Source: a virus (taxonomy: Duplodnaviria; Caudoviricetes). Taken from it: a DNA stretch of 40,977 nt. Of the stretch, positions 35,560 to 40,977 are shown one piece after another. A program made the translations under genes and the position numbers. Numbering within the stretch: the first letter of the stretch is position 1; every line of letters starts with the position of its first letter. The DNA is taken from positions 1 through 40,977 of IMG/VR virus record IMGVR_UViG_3300026262_000001, one strand, 5' to 3'. The notes below the pieces were generated by a model, which was given only the letters and a program-made list of their open reading frames with translations, was not told the DNA's origin and searched no databases.

Positions 35560-37712
35560 TTATCGGATCGCTCTTCGCGAAGCTCTCCATCAACACCGCG
35601 CAATTCGACCAGGGCCTAAAGAACGCCCGGATGTCGATGAAGCGCATGGCGATGGACATGCAGGTCGCTTCGGCGGTAACCGCCAGTGCAGGTGTAGCTC
35701 TCGGCGCCATGGGGATGGCTTCGATCTCGGCGGCAAAGGAAGTTTCGCGCCTGTCGCAAGTCGCAAACTCCACGCCGCGCGATCTCCAAAGATGGAGCGC
35801 CGCGACGAAATCCGTCGGCATCGACCAGGAAAAACTCGCTGACATCCTGAAGGATGTGAACGACCGCGTGGGTGATTTTCTCTCCACTGGCGGTGGCCCG
35901 ATGAAGGATTTCTTCGAGCAGATCGGGCCGAAGGTCGGCGTGACTGCTGAGCACTTCAAGAACTTGTCCGGGCCCGAAGCGCTCCAGCTCTATGTTTCGA
36001 GCCTGGAGAAAGCCGGTGCTTCTCAACAGCAGATGACCTTCTTCATGGAGGCGATGGCTTCGGACTCCACGCTCCTCCTGCCACTGCTGCGCGACAACGC
36101 TGCCGCGCTGAACGAGATCGGTGATGCCGCTGAGAAGTCCGGCGCCATCATGGATGACAAGACGATCGCGAACTTGGCTCAAGCCGGGAAAGCCGTCGGC
36201 GGCATGACCCAGGCATTTGTGGGCATGCGGAACGAGATCGCGGGCGCTTTGGCTCCTGCGATCACCGACATGGCGAACGGTATGAGGAAGGCGATGCAGG
36301 AGGGCGGCCTTCTTCGCAGCCTCCTCCTTGCGATCTCCAATAACGCCGGCCGCATCGCATCCTACATGACCGGCGCGGCAATCGCGTTCGGCGCTTATGC
36401 TTCAGCTGTCACGGTCGCAACAATCGCCACCATGGGGTTCAAGCGTGCCCTCACGCGAACCGGCATCGGCGCCCTTGTCGTCGGTCTGGGCGAATTGGTT
36501 TACTGGACCACGGCTGTTCAGAAGAAGACCGAGGACACCGGAAAAACATTCATGCTCTTCAAGGAGCTGGCGAAGGCAGGGGTGAACTCTGCCGTCGAAT
36601 GGGTTGTCTGGGGTGGCGAGCAGATCAAGGGTTCGTTCCGCGGTGCTGCCGCCGCGATCGTCCAGATCTTCAAGGAGATCCCGAACGCGATCAAAAGCGT
36701 GATGGTGGCGGGAGCCAACATGGCGATCTGGGCCGTCGAAAAGATGATCAACGGCGTCGGCGCCCTGGTGAACAAGTTCTTTGATGGGGTGAATGGGCTG
36801 ATCGAGAAGCTGCCTCGGCGCCTGGGCGGCGGTGGGAGAATGTCCCTCACGCTTGTTCCTGAGCTTTCGATCCCTCGGATCAATGCGGAAACGAAGAAGG
36901 TCAAGGACTCGCTTCTCGACATCTACGGAGCGGCGGTCGACGAGTTCAACGGCTCCCAAGGTTCGCTGCCGGCTCCGAAGATCTTCGATGTCGATAGCGT
37001 TCGCGATGTCTGGGCGAAGATCAAAGGGATCGTCGGGAAAGACAGCGCTGAAGCTGGCGAGGCCGTCGATGAGCTGAACCGGAAAATCGGAGGTTTGGGC
37101 TCGCCCCGGATCGAGGATGCTGGGAAAGAGGCTGGCAAAGCTATCGACGAGATCGACCACGCCGCGGAGCGTGCGAAGAACTCTGTCGGCATGCTGCGGG
37201 ACAGTATGGCTTCGGCCTTCGCCGGCGTCCTGACTGGTGCGAACAGCGCACGGGATGCTGTTTCGCGTCTGCTCTCGAGCTTGGCCGACACAGCCGCCAA
37301 CAGCGCATTCCAGAACCTCTTCAACGGGCTGCTCGGAAGCGGCACCGCAGCCGGCGGTGGAGCTAACTGGTTCGGCAAGGCGGCGGGCTGGCTCTTCGGT
37401 GGCATTCCTCAGTTCGCCAATGGCGGTGTCGCCCCTGGCGGCCTGGCGATGGTCGGCGAACGCGGGGCCGAGCTCGTCAATCTGCCGGGCGGGTCGCGGG
37501 TGTTCGACGCGCAGACCACGAAGGACATGCTGAGCGGAGGCGGCACGATCGTCCTCGAGATCCGCCGTTCTGAAGATGCCGATGTCCGGGTGCTTGAGGC
37601 TGCCGGAAACCAAGCGGTGCGGATCGTGGAGGGTGGCCTCCAGGAGTTCTCTGATCATGTTCTGCCTGCTCGCCAGGCGCAAATCTCCAACGATTGGCGG
37701 GTGAGGGGCTGA
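35556..37712 (+). CDS. Tail tape measure protein
   Basis: 718 aa, Ala/Gly-rich helical; C-terminal FANGG...MVGERGAELV. Confidence 0.93.
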   Translation: MIIGSLFAKLSINTAQFDQGLKNARMSMKRMAMDMQVASAVTASAGVALGAMGMASISAAKEVSRLSQVANSTPRDLQRWSAATKSVGIDQEKLADILKDVNDRVGDFLSTGGGPMKDFFEQIGPKVGVTAEHFKNLSGPEALQLYVSSLEKAGASQQQMTFFMEAMASDSTLLLPLLRDNAAALNEIGDAAEKSGAIMDDKTIANLAQAGKAVGGMTQAFVGMRNEIAGALAPAITDMANGMRKAMQEGGLLRSLLLAISNNAGRIASYMTGAAIAFGAYASAVTVATIATMGFKRALTRTGIGALVVGLGELVYWTTAVQKKTEDTGKTFMLFKELAKAGVNSAVEWVVWGGEQIKGSFRGAAAAIVQIFKEIPNAIKSVMVAGANMAIWAVEKMINGVGALVNKFFDGVNGLIEKLPRRLGGGGRMSLTLVPELSIPRINAETKKVKDSLLDIYGAAVDEFNGSQGSLPAPKIFDVDSVRDVWAKIKGIVGKDSAEAGEAVDELNRKIGGLGSPRIEDAGKEAGKAIDEIDHAAERAKNSVGMLRDSMASAFAGVLTGANSARDAVSRLLSSLADTAANSAFQNLFNGLLGSGTAAGGGANWFGKAAGWLFGGIPQFANGGVAPGGLAMVGERGAELVNLPGGSRVFDAQTTKDMLSGGGTIVLEIRRSEDADVRVLEAAGNQAVRIVEGGLQEFSDHVLPARQAQISNDWRVRG

Positions 37713-38359
37713 TGCTGTCATTTCCACTGACCAACGAGCAGTTCGCAAACAAGCTCAAGTTCGTCGCACAGGTTTTCGATCTCAGCGAAAACAGGCAGGT
37801 GTCCGAGCAAGGCAACGGAGAAATCCTGATTTCCGATCTCGGCCCTCGTCTTTGGCACGGCTCGATCACCGTCCGGACGGATGAGCATGACGAGCAGGTG
37901 CAGGTGCATGCACTCGCACAATCTCTTCGGCAAGGAGTCGGCACATTCCACATCGGAGACCGGATGCGTCGCTTCCCGTCTGCCGACCCGGATGGATCGC
38001 TTCTCGGCGGCGCGGCTGTAACGCTGTCGGCACCGACTCCTGGATCGAGCACCATGACACTGTCGGGGCTGCCCGATGGCTACAAACTTACGCCTGGGGA
38101 TTACCTGAGCTTCGACTACGGAGAAGGTCGTCGAGCCCTCCATCAAGTCGTCATCGGTGGGCAGGTGGGTCCGGAAAGCACCATCTCCTTGTCAGTAGTC
38201 CCGGCTATCCGGCCGGGATCGCAAGACGGAGCTGCTGTGAACCTGGTGGACGCGACATGCAAAGCGATCATGGTTCCTGGCTCTTTCAAGGCGGGCACAA
38301 TCGGCCTGGGTGGGATCACCAAGGGGTTCTCGTTCAACTTCCGTCAGAGCCTGCGGTGA
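37712..38359 (+). CDS. Distal tail protein (putative)
   Basis: Follows the tape measure gene; GDYLSF, VVPAIRPG; beta-rich. Confidence 0.7.
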   Translation: MLSFPLTNEQFANKLKFVAQVFDLSENRQVSEQGNGEILISDLGPRLWHGSITVRTDEHDEQVQVHALAQSLRQGVGTFHIGDRMRRFPSADPDGSLLGGAAVTLSAPTPGSSTMTLSGLPDGYKLTPGDYLSFDYGEGRRALHQVVIGGQVGPESTISLSVVPAIRPGSQDGAAVNLVDATCKAIMVPGSFKAGTIGLGGITKGFSFNFRQSLR

Positions 38360-38366
38360 GGTTTCG

Positions 38367-38984
38367 ATGCTGCTGACTCATGAGATGGAAAAAGCCACCC
38401 ACGCGCCGGTCGTAGTGCCTCGGTGGCTTTACTCAATCCGAGCGAAAAACCGAACCACGGGCGCCATGGAGCGCGCGAACTTCTGGACGGGGGAAGATGA
38501 AGCGCAGTTCACCATCAATGGTGAGGTGCGGACATATGCGGGTGCAGGCTCTGTCATCACCATGTCGTCTCCTACCCATGAGATCGGCGGCAAGATCAAC
38601 ATGCAGAGCGTAACGCTCACACGGCTTGCGCCAGAAGTTGAGGCGGCGATCTCTAACTACGATCTCCGGCTGGCGCCGGTCGAAATTCATCTCGCGCTCT
38701 TCGACCCGGAAACGGGTGCGCTGATTGGAGTTTCTCGCTCCTTAGCGGGCAAGGTCGACGAGCCCCAGGTCAAAGACGGCCCGAGCGGGGAGGGAAGCTC
38801 CCTAACACTGAAGTTGGCACCCTCTGCGCGCGCCGGAACCAAGACCTTGGCAGCGAAGAAATCCCCCGCCTCGCAAGCCCTGCGCATGGCGACGGATAAG
38901 GGGCGCGAATACGCGGATATCTCGGGCGCCGTTGAGGTGTCCTGGGGCGGCGAAGACTCCAACGGCTATTTTGTGACGAGGTAA
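38367..38984 (+). CDS. Minor tail / baseplate hub protein (putative)
   Basis: FWTG...INGEVRTYAGAG...VSWG pattern of alphaproteobacterial siphophage tail genes. Confidence 0.7.
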   Translation: MLLTHEMEKATHAPVVVPRWLYSIRAKNRTTGAMERANFWTGEDEAQFTINGEVRTYAGAGSVITMSSPTHEIGGKINMQSVTLTRLAPEVEAAISNYDLRLAPVEIHLALFDPETGALIGVSRSLAGKVDEPQVKDGPSGEGSSLTLKLAPSARAGTKTLAAKKSPASQALRMATDKGREYADISGAVEVSWGGEDSNGYFVTR

Positions 38985-38988
38985 GGCA

Positions 38989-39816
38989 ATGGAATATTAC
39001 CCGATTTTGCCGTGTGGCTCTGGGGGCGGCTTTTCCGGCCCATACATCGAGGGCACTGGCGGCATTATCAGCGAGCACATGGACACCTCCGGGCAAAAAT
39101 GGCGGGTTCATGAGGCGCTGGATACTGAGACCTTTTCTATCGCCGATCTGGGTGGCGAACTCGGCGAACTCGATGTGGTTTGGGTTGCAGGCGGCGGCGG
39201 CGGCGGAACGGGCGGTGGGGGCGGCGGTGCGGGCGGTGTTCTGCGCGCTACTATCCTGGTTGAGGCAGGCGACCACACTCTTGTTGTTGGCGCTGGTGGC
39301 GCAGCCGGCAGTGGCACGGACGGAGCCCGCAACGGCTATCAGGGTGGCAACAGCACTGCATTTGGCGTCACTGCCATCGGCGGCGGCGGCGGCCGTGGCG
39401 CCACAACCTACAACTACACGAGGAAAAACGGCGGGTCGGGTGGCGGCCAGTTTCAAAACAATGATGGCCCCGGTTCGGGTGTTGCCTACCAGGGGCACAA
39501 GGGTGGTTTTGGCACACCAGGAACCGGCTGGGGGGAGTCTGGCGGCGGGGGCGGCGCCGGCGGGCCAGGTGGGGATTACAGGTCATCCGATGAAAGTTCG
39601 GATGGCGGGCTCGGCGTTCTTATCGAGGATTTTTTCGCAGAACCCCGGTGGTTGGCGAGCGGGGGTGCAACCGGAAGCGATGGTGTCGCACCTCCTGGTG
39701 GGGGTGGGTCATCGAGCACGCAGGGGGATGGTGCAGTGAATACAGGCGGTGGCGGGGCATCGACAATCGGCAACGGCGGTTCGGGGCTCATCGCAATCAG
39801 ATACAGGATCGAGTGA
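38989..39816 (+). CDS. Glycine-rich tail fibre-like protein
   Basis: VAGGGGGG...GGGGAGG, NTGGGG...GGSGLIAIRY. Confidence 0.7.
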   Translation: MEYYPILPCGSGGGFSGPYIEGTGGIISEHMDTSGQKWRVHEALDTETFSIADLGGELGELDVVWVAGGGGGGTGGGGGGAGGVLRATILVEAGDHTLVVGAGGAAGSGTDGARNGYQGGNSTAFGVTAIGGGGGRGATTYNYTRKNGGSGGGQFQNNDGPGSGVAYQGHKGGFGTPGTGWGESGGGGGAGGPGGDYRSSDESSDGGLGVLIEDFFAEPRWLASGGATGSDGVAPPGGGGSSSTQGDGAVNTGGGGASTIGNGGSGLIAIRYRIE

Positions 39817-39817
39817 C

Positions 39818-40147
39818 ATGGCACACGCAGCACTGATTGACGAAAACGGCGTGGTGCTCTGCGTCATCCGCATTCCTGATGAACAGGAAAACCGGGTGCA
39901 GGAATACTGCGCCGAGGATCTGAAACTCGGGGGGCGGTGGCTCCTGGTCAGTTACAATGACCGCATCCGGCGCCGCTTTCCGGCTGCGGGCATGCTCTAT
40001 GTCGAGCACCTGGACATGTTCGCACACCCGCAGCCTTTCCCATCCTGGGGGCTTGATGGCAAAGCGGATTGGCAGCCTCCTAAGCCGCGCCCATCCGAAA
40101 AGCACGGATGGGACGAAGACAACCAAGAGTGGGTGCTGCCGGCATAA
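39818..40147 (+). CDS. Partner of the glycine-rich protein (tail fibre assembly-like)
   Basis: MAHAALIDENGVVLCVI...SYN...PQPFPSW...WDEDNQEW. Confidence 0.7.
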   Translation: MAHAALIDENGVVLCVIRIPDEQENRVQEYCAEDLKLGGRWLLVSYNDRIRRRFPAAGMLYVEHLDMFAHPQPFPSWGLDGKADWQPPKPRPSEKHGWDEDNQEWVLPA

Positions 40148-40176
40148 GCGGCACCCACCCAAACGCCCCATCTCCT
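40147..40176 (+). promoter_or_regulatory. Class II promoter for tail-tip genes (probably leaderless mRNA)
   Basis: AGCG-gcacccacccaaa-CGCCCCATCTCCT, then cagcATG. Confidence 0.8.
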
Positions 40177-40180
40177 CAGC

Positions 40181-40588
40181 ATGACAAGGCTGACGGATTG
40201 GCGCTCGCGCCTGCACACTTACATCGCTGAGAACGCGTCACGGGCCTTTCAGCCCGGCGTTTTCGATTGCTCTCTGTTCAGCGCGGGTGCGGTCGATGCC
40301 ATGACCGGCACCGATCCGGCTGCCGCCTATCGCGGCAACTACACCACGATCGAAGAGGGGCAGGCCCTGCTGCAAGCCGATGGCTACGCAGACCAAATCG
40401 CATTTCTCGAAGCCCAATATCTCGGCCACCCCTCGGTGCTCGATGCCGGCGTGGGCGACCTCGCCGTGGTTTCAGTCGGCAGCGAAACCGGAATCGGCGT
40501 GGTGATCGGCGATCGCGTCGCCGTCGTCACCGAAAAGGGCCTTGGCCACATCCCCCTGCGCTACGCCGAAAGGGCTTTCATCGTATGA
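40181..40588 (+). CDS. Tail-associated NlpC/P60-like protein (DUF6950-like)
   Basis: RLTDWRSRL...FDCSLF...AMTGTDPAAAYRG...GDLAV. Confidence 0.8.
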   Translation: MTRLTDWRSRLHTYIAENASRAFQPGVFDCSLFSAGAVDAMTGTDPAAAYRGNYTTIEEGQALLQADGYADQIAFLEAQYLGHPSVLDAGVGDLAVVSVGSETGIGVVIGDRVAVVTEKGLGHIPLRYAERAFIV

Positions 40589-40977
40589 AAAAACTGCGCT
40601 CCCTTCTGCTCGCGTCTGTGTTCGGTGTGCTGGTTGCAACCCCGGCTGCGGCCGATCCGGTCACGGCTGCCGTCACTGCGGTTTCTGGGTTCCTGGCATC
40701 GGGCACGATCGCCGCGACCATCGCCAACTTTGCCATTCGAGCTGCGGCATCCTGGGGCCTGTCAGCCCTGGCTAACTCCCTGTCACCGCGCCAGGGGCAG
40801 CAGCAGCAGCCGGGCATCCGCACAACCGCGACAACGGCAGGCGGCACGCAAAGCCAAACCATCATCTTCGGCCGCTACGCGACGGGCGGAAACGCCGTGT
40901 GCCCGCCCATGACGCACGGCCTTAAAGGTGAGGACACAATCGATTACCTCACCTATGTCATTGACCTGGCGGATTAC
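40585..40977 (+). CDS. Tail tip protein, N-terminal part (continues at window start)
   Basis: ATG overlaps the previous stop; frame is open to the end (...IIFGRYATGG...YLTYVIDLADY). Confidence 0.8.
   Translation, partial: MKKLRSLLLASVFGVLVATPAAADPVTAAVTAVSGFLASGTIAATIANFAIRAAASWGLSALANSLSPRQGQQQQPGIRTTATTAGGTQSQTIIFGRYATGGNAVCPPMTHGLKGEDTIDYLTYVIDLADY

Overview
The window appears to be an essentially complete, circular ~41 kb genome of a temperate siphovirus-like phage-plasmid. The host is probably an alphaproteobacterium (Rhodobacteraceae), inferred from high GC, the RPA-type replicon and GTA-like tail genes. The tail-tip gene is split across the two window ends and rejoins with a 1-nt overlap. 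Contents in order: tail tip; lysis cassette (amidase, holin, unimolecular spanin); a frameshifted metallophosphoesterase; a plasmid replicon (DnaA box, iterons, RepA, ParA plus small RHH partner, parS-like repeats); leftward early genes (SSB, YqaJ exonuclease, ERF); a MobV-type relaxase with a candidate oriT; SF2 helicase and VRR-NUC; a phage-encoded RpoH/sigma32-like sigma factor; an EcoRV-like restriction-modification pair; a DUF3987 protein next to a repeat-rich putative lytic origin; a tRNA-like RNA; and an HK97-type packaging, head and tail module with a -1 frameshifted tail chaperone. I recognised no integrase and no CI-like repressor. The most striking signal is a two-tier promoter system. 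Eight exactly spaced AGCG-N13-CGCCCCATCT sites precede the helicase, ncRNA, packaging, head, tail and lysis units and look like a sigma32 promoter with a rewritten -35, matching the phage's own sigma factor. A second class, TTTTG-N16/17-CCTAnnT, precedes the early genes. All family calls come from motif recognition by eye, with no database searches.
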